DNA from: Mobula hypostoma
Taxonomy: Eukaryota
Direction of reading: 5' to 3'
Length of the DNA: 64,000 nt
Assembly (NCBI RefSeq): GCF_963921235.1
Contig: NC_086097.1
Span: forward strand, 188,296,001 to 188,360,000
The notes beneath the pieces were generated by a model, which was not told the origin of the DNA, searched no databases, and saw nothing but the letters and a program-made list of their open reading frames with translations. This document shows, one piece after another, positions 53,880 to 64,000 of the stretch (positions are counted from its first letter, which is position 1; every line of letters starts with the position of its first letter). The position numbers and the translations under genes were made by a program.

Positions 53880-55430
53880 ACTTTTTATGTATTCATTTAC
53901 AGGATGTGGGCATCGCCAGCTATGCCAGCATTTATTCCCCATCCCTAGTTGCCCTTGAGAAGGTGGTGATAAGCTGCCTTATTGAACTGCTTGAATCCCT
54001 GAGGTGTAGGTACACCCGCAGTGCTGTTAGGGAGGGAATTCCATGATTTTGACCCAGTGTCAATGAAGGAGTGGTGATATGTTTCCAAGTCAGGATGATG
54101 GGTGACTCGGAGGGTGATTTCCAAGTGTTGGTGTTCCCAGGTGTCTGCGGTTCTCATCCTTCTAGATGGTAGTGGTCGTGGGTCTGGAAGGTGCTGCTTT
54201 CGGACCTTTGGTGTGTTGTTGCAGTGCATGTTGTAGATAGTACACACTGCTACAACTGTTCGTCGATGGTGGAGGGGTTGGATGTTTGTGGAAGGGGTAC
54301 CAATAAAGTGGGCTGCCTTGTACTGCATGGTGTCAGGCTTCTTGAGGGTTGACAGAGCTGCACTCATTCAGGCGAGTGGCAGGTATTCCATTACACTCCA
54401 GACCTGAGCCTTGTAGATGGTGAGCAGGTTTGGAGAGTCAGGAGGTGAGTTACACACCACAGGTTTGCTAGCCTTTGACCTGCTCTGGTAGCCACAGTAT
54501 ATGGCAGGACCAGTTCAGATTCCTCTCAATGGTAACCCACCCCCCCCACCCCAGGATTTTGATAGCAGAGGATTCAGTGATGATGATGCCACTGAAAGTC
54601 AAGGTATGATGGTTAGAGCCTCTCTTGTTGGAGATAGTCTTTGCCTGGCACTTGTGTGGCTCGAATGTTACTTGTCACTTGTCAGCCCAGGCCTGGATAT
54701 TGTCCAGGTCCTGCTGCATTTGGCTATGAACTGCTTCAGTAACTGAGGAGTCACAAATGGTGCAGAACATTGTGTAGTCATCTGTGAACATCCCTACTCT
54801 CAGCTTATGATGGAAGAAAAGTCATTGATGAAGCAGCTGAAGATGGTTGCTCCTAGAACACTTCCCTGAGCAACTACTGCAGTGATATCCTGAGAATGAA
54901 ATGACTGACCTGCAACCACCACAACCATCTTCCTTTGTGTTAGTTATGATTCCAATCAGTGGAGGGTTTCCCCCTAATTCCCACTGACTCCACTTTAGCT
55001 AGGGCATCTTGATACCATACTCAGTCAAATGCTGATGTTGAAGGCAATCACTCTCACTTCACCTCTGGTATTTAGCTCTTTGGTCCATGTTTGGGCCAAG
55101 GAGGTGATGAGGTCAGGAGCTGAGTGGCCTTGATGGAACCCAAACTGGGCATCCGTAAGCAGGTTATTACCAAGTAGGTGCTGCATGATAGCATTGTTGA
55201 TGACCCCTCCATCACTTTGCTGATGATTGAAAGTAAGCTGATAGGGCGGTAGTTGGTTGGGTTGGACTTGTCCTGTTTCTTGTGTACAAGACATACCTGG
55301 GTAATTTTCAACATTGCCAGGTAGATGCCAGTGTTGTAGCTGTACTGGAACTGCTTGGGCTAGTGGCGCGGCAAGTTCTGGAGCACAAGTCTTCAAGACT
55401 ATTGCCAGGATTTTGTCTGATGGTGCTGTC
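53880..55430 (-). mobile_element. CR1-group LINE (distinct family), RT and 3' end
   Basis: VLKTCAPELAAPL, NYRPISLLSIISKVME, QFGFHQGHS and WNSLP motifs. Confidence 0.8.
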
Positions 55431-55574
55431 TGTGTCAGAGTGGTGTTGGTGGAGTCAGTGTGTGAATCTAACAGCAAGTGATCACCTTAATTGTTTTTCT
55501 TGTGATCGCAAGACCCTATAGTATAAGACATTTTTAGTGTAGAATGCTGCAAGTCCGATTCATTAATATCTTGG

Positions 55575-55932
55575 TGGACAATGGAGGACCAGCATGGCCT
55601 CAAGCTGCAGTGTCAACTGTTTACAGCTGCCCAGGAGGAGGCATCGGAGTTGGTGCGCTCTACCAGAGGCAGTGTGGCACAGCGTCCAAGCTGGATTTGG
55701 TGCTGCCCCGCCCAGTGTTTGCTCGATAGAAGACAGCTGTATTGTGTTCGACTCCAGACTGCCACAATATTCATGGACTCGGGCTCTTCCTCTATCTCCT
55801 TTTGAGTCAGTGCATTTACTGATATCTTATATATACTTGCTAACTTAACCTTGGCATTGGAGTAACGCTGTTCCATTTGGCTGTATTCATGGATATTTAT
55901 GTACGGTTAAATGACAATTAAACTTGAATTTG
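55575..55932 (+). mobile_element. Short non-autonomous retroposon with Rex1-like tail
   Basis: Ends aaatgacaattaaacttgaatttga; no coding homology seen. Confidence 0.4.
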
Positions 55933-57126
55933 ATCTTGCAAACACTTGGGCTTACATGGACTTGCATTTCAATCCCCAATTTTTTCTCCGATGTCTTTCT
56001 AGTCTTCTTTTATTTACTCTTAAAAATAATTACCTCACAATTCCAGTCTGCAATGAGACCAAATGTAAACCCTCTTTCAGATAATGAGATTCACAGTGGG
56101 ATCCAGCTATGTATTCTGTAAACCCTGATTAATGGAAATGGATCAGCGTTGGAGCCAAGGGAGCAAATAGAAGTTGTGTCCTACCAGAATTCTGACCTGG
56201 AGATAATAACATGTTAAGTGGAAACAGCTGCTTCATGTGTTATTTATTTAAAGCATCTTTCCCTCTGTTTTAAAATTCTCACTAGTACTTCTGTGAACAA
56301 TGCCTTAAGCAGTCTCCTTGGATATAGGGAAGTCTTCTGACAGTGTTGAATGACACAATTTATTTTACAAGCCCTCTCAGGTGAGTTCTGATCAAATTAA
56401 ATATTTGAGTTACTACCAATTCAATCTCTTGTCAGTATTTATAGCATTCTTCCATCCACGTGCGTAGCTGAGCATTTATCTTTTGTGTACCCTTAAACAT
56501 CTTTCATGTGACAAGGTTAACTTTTTTCAGCTGATTCTGAGATAGCTATTAAGGCAAAACAAATCTATCTTTTCCGCATTGTTGTCTCTCTTCATTTTTT
56601 CAGCAGACCTTAAAGTACACTTCAAGAAAATGAAAAGGTTATGATAATTCGTGTGCAGCAGAAATTCCCAATGCTCTCTTGTTTGGAAGCTATGAATTCA
56701 ATTTCAGATCATGAATATAATGAAGTATGTCTCTAGTCTCATCCAGCAGAACTTCAATATTTTACTGATCTCTGGAGTTATTGCTGTTGTAATTCCCTTT
56801 CCTAAAATAATCAAGACTCCATTATTAAAGAGTTAAGCTATAGCATTAAAAAATTCAGCAGCAGTATTCTCTGAATGGGAGATGGACAGAGATATGGGCC
56901 ACCAGAAGAGCAGACAGTGCCATAAATAGGGCACCTGGCCGCTGAGTTGAGTTTATCTGGATCTGTCACCTGCATTATCCTTCCCCTCAGCCACAGATCA
57001 ACCCTTGCTCGCCCTTTGGATACTGGAGGTCGGTGCAAGGTGTGGTGAAGCCTTCAAGGTTTGACTTGATGCCACCAAAAGACCACATTCCTAGTACAGC
57101 ATTACCTGGATGCTGTAGATCTGGAG

Positions 57127-57307
57127 TAACACACATAAAATGCTGGAGGAACCCAGCAGGGCAGACACCACCTATGGAGGGAAATGAGCAGCTGATATTT
57201 CAAGTAGCAGTTCTGAAGAAGGATCTCAGCCTGAAACATTATCTTTCATTTCACTTCATGGATGCTGCCTAACCTACTGAGGAACTGATTTATTTATTGT
57301 GTGTTGC
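57127..57307. repeat. Palindromic Penelope-terminal-repeat-derived element with a hammerhead-like core on +
   Basis: Imperfect inverted arms aacacacataaaatgctgg... / ...tgtgtgttgc; CTGAAGA-AGGatctcagCCT-GAAA at 57213-57236. Confidence 0.65.
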
Positions 57308-57546
57308 ACAGTATTACTTCAGCCTTGCTACTGTTTTCTACTTCTATCTGGTTAACATTCTTAAATCAGTACATCTACAATTAGTTGGAGGCAAGTCCCA
57401 CGTCTATTTACCATTCTAAGTTTTCAAAGGGATTGGAATATTGCTCATGAAGTGAAATTGCTTTTTGACTACTATCCTCTTTAAATTTGTGCAATGATAG
57501 CAATGGAATTAAACAAACTTCCAATTTGCAGAAGAGAAATAAACGT

Positions 57547-57642
57547 ACACACACAAAATGCTGAAGGAACTTAGCAGGCCTGGCAGCATCTATGGAAAAG
57601 ACTAAACAGTCGATGTTTCAGGCCGAGATCCTTCATCAGTAC
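57547..57642 (-). mobile_element. Penelope-type terminal-repeat fragment with hammerhead core
   Basis: Minus strand CTGATGA-AGGatctcggCCT-GAAA-CATC-GACTG. Confidence 0.65.
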
Positions 57643-58707
57643 ACAAGATTCTGCCCCTGGATATCGGAGACATTTAAAAACTGTTTGAGTAGATCCAAAT
57701 TATTAAATAAAATAAACATTTAAAAGTATTGTATACAAATTAATGCCCCTGCCAATGTCATTCTCAGTGAAAAGTCCACCAGCTGGCACCCAGCACATTT
57801 ATAATCTCCACATTGTAATGTAAAGATACTGAAATCAATGATGCACTAAACTGGTCCAGTCCAACAAATATCAAGCAGGCTCAATAGTTTCTCCCCTATT
57901 TTCCAATCCCACCACTTTAAATTAATCCTAATAGCTCCAAGTCTAATCACTCCAATGAGAATTATCTATTTTCTTATGAACAGATGAATGATATAGCAGC
58001 TGATAATAGAGTACATGTCATACTATTCTTTCATGGTGCAGAAACAGTGAAGTTTATCACATTGAAATGAGGTTCAGGTGATACTGCCTTATCAATCAGA
58101 ATTCCAGGAAAGGACATTTTATTTTTATTCAGAAATCATGCCTCAGGCTGGCATGTTATTTGTAAATTTCATACGTTGGAAATGTCATAGCTCTTGTACG
58201 TAATTAATTTTGAAAAAGACCCCAGACCATGAAGCGACTCCCATTGAAAAGAAGACATTATCATTGATCCTCCAGTGGTGGGAAATTTCATAACCATGCT
58301 CATCAGAAAACCCTAGTAATTAGCTGATATGCAATGGCAGCTATAATGAAATATTGTAAATTAGTTTCCTTTTCAATATACGCATATGATGTTCAATGCC
58401 TCTGTTTTGTTTGTGTTGTGAGGCAAATGACTGATTTTTGAAAAAAGAACTTCTGAAAATGGCATGTTCTTATAAGATCTCATCATGTAGGAACTGGTAA
58501 TTTAAACTTTTTCTATGCAAAACTAAAAATATTCTTTTCCTTCAAAGCTATAATTTAAAAAGTAGACCATTGTAAGATTTTAAATAATCAACATTTTAAG
58601 ATGATTAATAATTCCTTACAATAAGGACTGAAATGAGTATTCACATTTTCATGAGGTTTTAAGATCCTCTGAATATTTTTATGTTTCTTCGTAAACACCC
58701 TTTAGTG

Positions 58708-58808
58708 TACACTCAGTGGCCACTTTTTAGGTACCTTCTGTATCTAACAAACTGGCCACTCAGTGTATGTTTGTAGTCTTCTGCTGCTGTAGCCCATCCA
58801 CTTCAAGT
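58708..58808. mobile_element. Tc1/mariner-type MITE (hairpin of two TIRs flanked by TA)
   Basis: TA-cactcagtggccacttt...actggccactcagtg-TA; TIR shared with 61812-62340. Confidence 0.7.
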
Positions 58809-58819
58809 AGACCTCAGAT

Positions 58820-60572
58820 TCATAGTCAAAGTCATAGTCATACTTTATTGATCCCGGGGGAAATTGGTTTTCGTTACAGTTGCACCATAAATAATAAATA
58901 GTAATAAAACCATAAATAGTTAAATAGTAATATGTAAATGATGCCAGTAAATTATGAAATAAGTCCAGGACCAGCCTATTGGCTCAGGGTGTCTAACCCT
59001 CCAAGGGAGGAGTTGTAAAGTTTGATGGCCACAGGTAGGAATAACTTCCTATGACGTTCTGTGTTGCATCTCGGTGGAATGAGTCTCTGGCTGAATGTAC
59101 TCCTGTGCCCACCCAGTACATTATGTAGTGGATGGGAGACATTGTCCAAGACGGCTTGCAAATTGGACAGCATCCTCTTTTCAGACGCACCGTGAGAGAG
59201 TCCAGTTCCATCCCCACAACATCACTGGCCTTACGAATGAGTTTGTTGATTCTGTTGGTGTCTGCTACCCTCAGCCTGCTGCCCCAGCACACAACGGCAA
59301 ACATGATAGCACTGGCCACCACAGACTCGTAGAACATCCTCAGCATCGTCCGGCAGATGTTAAAGGACCTCAGTCTCCTCAGGAAATAGAGACAGCTCTG
59401 ACCCTTCTTGTAGACAGCCTCAGTGTTCTTTGACCAGTCCAGTTTATTGTCAATTCGTATCCCCAGGTATTTGTAATCCTCCACCATGTCCACACTGACC
59501 CCCTGGATGGAAACAGGGGTCACCGGTACCTTACTCTCCTCAGGTCTACCACCAGCTCCTTAGGCTTTTTCACATTAAGCTGCAGATAATTCTGCTCACA
59601 CCATGTGACAAAGTTTCCTACCGTAGCTCTGTACTCAGCCTCATCTCCCTTGCTGATGCATCCAACTATGGCAGAGTCATCTGAAAACTTCTGAAGATGA
59701 CAAGACTCTTGTGCATTAGTTGAAGTCTGAGGTGTAAATGGTGAAGAGAAAGGGAGACAAGACAGTCCCTTGTGGAGCCCCAGTGCTGCTGATCACTCTG
59801 TCAGACACACAGTGTTGCAAGCACACGTACTGTGGTCTGCCAGTCAGGTAATCAAGAATCCATGATACCAGGGAAGCAACCACCTGCATTGCTGTCAGCT
59901 TCTCTCCCAGCAGAGCAGGGCGGATGGTGTTGAACGCACTGGAGAAGTCAAAAAACATGACCCTCACAGTGCTCGCTGGCTTGTCCAGGTGGGCATAGAC
60001 ATGGTTCAGCAGGTAGACGATGGCATCCTCAACTCCTAATCGGGGCTGGTAGGCAAACTGGAGGGGATCTAAGTGTTGCCCGACCATAGGCCGGAGCAGC
60101 TCCAGAACAAGTCTCTCCAGGGTCTTCATGATGTGGGAGGTCAATGCCACCGGTCTGTAGTCATTGAGGCCGCTGGGGCATGGCGTCTTCGGCACAGGGA
60201 CGAGGCAGGACGTCTTCCACAGTACAGGAACCCTCCGGAGCCTCAGGCTCAGGTTGAATACATGGCGAAGTACTCCACATAGCTGAGGGGCACAGGCTTT
60301 GAGCACCCTGGTACTGACACCATCCGGTCCTGCAGCCTTGCTTGGGTTGAGATGTTTCAGCTGTCTTCTCACCTGTTCAGCTGTGAAGCCCACTGTGGTG
60401 GTTTCGTGTGGGGAAGGGGTATAGTCATGAGAGCAGGGTGGGGGACTGTGAGGAGGTATAGGAGGGGAGAGTGGAATGTGTGTTGGTTGGGGGCCAACAA
60501 CAGCTGGCTCATGTGGGGGATGGGCAGGGCCCACAATGTCAAATCTGTTAAAGAACAGGTTAAGTTCATATT
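58820..60572 (-). mobile_element. Rex1/Babar LINE, 5'-truncated, relatively young RT
   Basis: 272-aa and 176-aa ORFs: KAAGPDGV, DYRPVALTS, LQFAY, FFDFSSAFNTI, GAPQGTVLSP, YKYLG; (gactat)n-like tail. Confidence 0.92.
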
Positions 60573-61457
60573 GAGACCATGATTTTTACATGTATCCACT
60601 TGTCATACATGTGTGAATGAAATTTATAAAATTGGTGTTCAGATGTTTATTGTGTGCTGGGCATGTCCAGAAGCCCCCATGTGTTACAGCACTATATACA
60701 GTTAAGATCCTGAGGAAACTCTCACATGTTGTGATTATGGCATTCATTCTGGATCACACTTTGCGATCAAGTTCTCACACAGACCACATTGGAAAATTTC
60801 ATGTGGTGGATTATCTTTCACAGCCACTATTATTTTAAAAATAAAATTGTTGAGAGGTGCTGATCTTCCAACCCAGAAAAGAGGCCTTCTGATAAATGTC
60901 CTTGAATAATTCATTCCCATCGAGAATCACACATGCTTTCACATTCGCTTTTGTAAATATCCCCCAGTGTAGGGGGTGGGAAGAAAATCACTGGCTAATG
61001 GCCACAGAAGTATAGATGAAGTGAGGGATTAGAAATTCTAGGATTACAGTAAAAGTCAGCCTCATCTCAAATGGGCCAAATGGTCTCCTGTATCATTGGG
61101 AAATATGAAAATACTTTCAACATTGCAATCAAAACAAATTGCAAATTGGTTAACTTGCAACACGAAGTTGAGGTGCTTTGGCATAACATTAAAATTGGAC
61201 AAGAGGAATTTAACTCAATCATTTTCATCTAGATTAAAAATTGAAGTAGAACAATCAATTCTGCATTAGAAGGAGGTCAGGGCAGCTGTCAAGTTTTCTA
61301 AAGCCAAAACCAAACAACTAATCTCTCAACTTTGCAACCTCAAGATAGAAGATAGTAAAAAATACACAGCTTGCCTCAGTGAGTACAGTTGGAACAACAA
61401 GACTCTCAACAGCATCATTTCAGTTCTTCCCCTTTCCTACAAGTTGAAAAATGTTTA

Positions 61458-61581
61458 AACACAAGGGATTATGCAGATCTGGATATTCAGTAGCACACAC
61501 AAAATGCTGGAAGAACTCAGCAAGTCAGGCAGCATCTATGCAAAAGAATAAACAGTCGACATTTCAGGCCGAGACCCTTCA
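61458..61581 (-). mobile_element. Penelope-type terminal-repeat fragment, hammerhead truncated
   Basis: cacacacaaaatgctggaagaactcagc...cagtcgacatttcaggccgagacccttca. Confidence 0.65.
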
Positions 61582-61811
61582 AAATGAAAATACCTTTCAT
61601 TTCTATGCTCTGAGTTTATGGATGTGAACCATTAACCATTTCATTCTTCACATTTGTTTGCTGAATACTTTCAGCATTGTTTTCTCCAATACCTCCATCC
61701 CAGCCGACCAGCACTCTTCCCCCCACCTCCCGCCAGGACTTGTAGCATCTGCAGTGTTTTTACCTCTGCGATTGCCTGGACTCCGTTCATACCAATACAG
61801 TACACGATACC

Positions 61812-62340
61812 TACACTCAGTGGCCTCTTCATTAGGAACAGCAGTGGAACCCTGCTGCTGCTGTAGCTCATCCATTTCAAGGTTCAACATGTTGTGCGAT
61901 CAGAGATGCTCTTCTGTACACCACTGTTGTAACAAGTGTTTAATTGAGCTACTGTTACTTTCCTGTCAGCTTAACCCAGTCACGCCATTCTCCTCTGACC
62001 TCTCTCACTAACAAAGCATTTTTGCAAACAGAGCTGCCACCCCCTGGGAGATTTTTTTTCATTTATCACACCATTCTCTGTAAGCTCTGGAGACTGTTAT
62101 GCTTGAAAATCCCAGATCAGTAGTTCCTGAGATACTCAAATCACCCAATCTGGCACTAACAATCATTCCACGGTCAAAGTCACTTAGATCACATTTCTTC
62201 CCCATTCTGATGTTTGGTCTGAGTAACTGAACCCATTGACCAAGTTTGCATGCTGTTATGCACTGAGCTGCTGTCACATGATTGGCTGATTAGATATTTG
62301 GTTTAACGAGCAAATGTACGTAATAAAGTGGCCATTAAGA
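61812..62340 (-). mobile_element. Non-autonomous Tc1-like DNA transposon with transposase N-terminal HTH remnant
   Basis: TIRs tacactcagtggcc.. / ..taataaagtggcca; minus-strand MGKKCDLSDFDRGMIVSAR..SIS...TVSRAYREW. Confidence 0.85.
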
Positions 62341-63518
62341 GCAAAACTAGGCCTCCCAGACCTTCTAACCAGCCCTCCTATTTAATAATATTGTTGTTTA
62401 TTCGATTGTATCCTTAGCTCTTACTCTGTCTCGACCCTCAGTCCCCTCATCTGCCAATTCACCTCCTTGCTTATTAAGGATCTATCTCTATCTTAAACAC
62501 TAAATTATATTACTGAGCTGCTGAAGTATTGAGGTTCAAAATACAATTGCTCAATCAAAGCTCCAAAAACAGTCAATATTCAGGAAGCTTAATCTTTAAA
62601 GGTGGCTGCTGCTGGAAGGCTAAATGACACAAATCCTCAATTGCTTCAGGAGGATGGCCCACCTAATACACAAATCAGGCTTTACCTGACGACTAAATCT
62701 ATTTCAATAATTGATTATTCAACTTTCCACTCATATTTACTGGTAGATAGTACAGTGGAGGAGGCCTTATACGGGTAAACTTCAAGTTATTTTCATACAA
62801 GCTGCATTGATGCATGAAATTAGATAAATAAATGATTAAACTTTAATAACCAGTAATAAGGCACATTTTCATACAGTGTATATGATTAGAAATTGGAAAA
62901 TACATTGCCAGGGCTTTGATGGAATTTGATTTCAATAAGAAAACGAACAAAGGGAAGTTTGGGAGTTCCAGAGATTCATACAAAGTCCACAGTTTTTCCA
63001 GTACATTGAAGAGCCGGGACATGCACAGTAACATCCACACCTGGATCCCAGTAAAGGGAATATGAAACACGAGTGAGCGGCCCTCATTTGGCAAAGATCA
63101 CTCACCATTGTGTGGTGTGCTTTAGTGTACCTAAAGGAGATCCATCTGAGCAGGTCGCAGCCCATGGAGTTTGACAGTAGCAATCCAAACTCACATAGGC
63201 CTGATTAAGTAACACTGCTCACTCTCCACCCCACAACCCAATCATACACAGATCCATGACCTCCTTTAATCCCACCTCAACCATTCATCTGGAAACTGTA
63301 TCCACTCTCTGGTAGATCCTGAGTGATGAACTCCCCAAAACCCACCCTAGTTACAAGCTCATTCCAATCCCTTTAGACAGACTCCACTTCCATATTCTAT
63401 GGCAATGTTCTCCTTGCTCAAAGTTACCCTTTTGATCCTCCTCTTTTTCTCCTTTCACCATCCACTTACCTGCTTTCCCATACAAGGCCTAATAGTACAT
63501 AATAGTAATAGTACATTC

Positions 63519-63653
63519 AGCAGGATCTCCCAGTGGCCACACATTTTAATTCCACATCCTATTAGCAGGATCTCCCAGTGGCCACACATTTTAATTCCAC
63601 ATCCCATTAGCAGGATCTCCCAGTGGCCACATATTTTAATTCCACATCCCATT
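63519..63653 (+). repeat. 3 x 45-bp direct tandem repeat
   Basis: agcaggatctcccagtggccacacattttaattccacatcccatt starting at 63519, 63564 and 63609. Confidence 0.95.
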
Positions 63654-64000
63654 CCCATTCTGATATGTCTATCCACGGCCTCCTCTACTGTAAAGATGAA
63701 GCCACATTCAGGTTGGAGGAATAACACCTTATATTCTGTCTGGGTAGCCTCCAACCTGATGGCATGAACATTGACTTCCCTAACTTCTGCTAATGCCCCT
63801 CCTCCCCCTCATACCACATCCATTATTTATATACACACATTCTTTCTCTCTCTCTCCTTTTTCTCCCTCTGTCCCTCTGACTATACCCCTTGCCCATCCT
63901 CTGGGTTTTCCCCCCCTCCCCCTTTTCCTTCTCCCTGGGCCACCTGTCCCATGATCCTCTCATATCCCTTTTGCCAATCAGCTGTCCAGCTCTTGGCTCC
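63519..64000 (+). mobile_element. Penelope-like element 3' region (GIY-YIG endonuclease C-terminus plus terminal repeat), runs off the window
   Basis: QDLPVAT.FNSTSHSHSDMSIHGLLYC.DEATFRLEE.HLIF.LGSLQPDGMNIDF followed by a pyrimidine-rich tract. Confidence 0.8.

Noticed and set aside
61648..62011. Overlapping short ORFs resembling a terminal exon
   Set aside because: The sequence is made of a Penelope-repeat-like fragment (ctgcagatgct..., aatgctgaaagtattcagca) and the Tc1 element
62843..63183. Two 83-aa minus-strand ORFs with a possible gtgag donor
   Set aside because: No recognisable homology or convincing exon pair; cannot be supported
63519..63653. CRISPR-like repeat array
   Set aside because: Units are contiguous with no unique spacers, the context is eukaryotic, and no cas genes are present
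63399..63767. 122-aa ORF with a signal-peptide-like start and 15-aa repeats
   Set aside because: The repeats are the 45-bp Penelope triplication read in a non-native frame; no evidence of a real gene
42500..64000. Expected neighbouring gene (CPNE3 lies tail-to-tail with CNGB3 in other vertebrates)
   Set aside because: No copine-like exon was recognised on the minus strand in this window

Overview
Eukaryotic, repeat-rich vertebrate DNA. The CR1, Rex1/Babar, Penelope and HE1-type SINE repertoire suggests a cartilaginous fish, probably a ray (inference). The only host gene I can support is the 3' part of the cone cyclic-nucleotide-gated channel beta subunit CNGB3 on the + strand. It has four clean GT-AG exons (3185-3268, 10851-10969, 26657-26803, 40536-40713) encoding the cyclic-nucleotide-binding domain, plus an ambiguous terminal region at about 40856-41526. 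Its introns and the downstream region are filled with CR1 LINEs, Rex1/Babar LINEs, Gypsy remnants, a probable solo LTR, Tc1-type elements, SINEs and Penelope-derived short repeats. The main signals are: (1) every CR1 copy retaining the ORF1/ORF2 junction has an in-frame U_UUA_AAC slippery heptamer directly before the ORF1 stop, and in two of three copies an AUG-less ORF2 continues in the -1 frame, which suggests programmed -1 ribosomal frameshifting; (2) a dispersed family of minimal hammerhead-ribozyme motifs in Penelope-type repeats, some arranged as palindromes; (3) reiterated 45-bp copying at a Penelope 5' junction; (4) a 102-103-bp monomer array upstream of a CR1 ORF1. Repeat boundaries are approximate and were read by eye.
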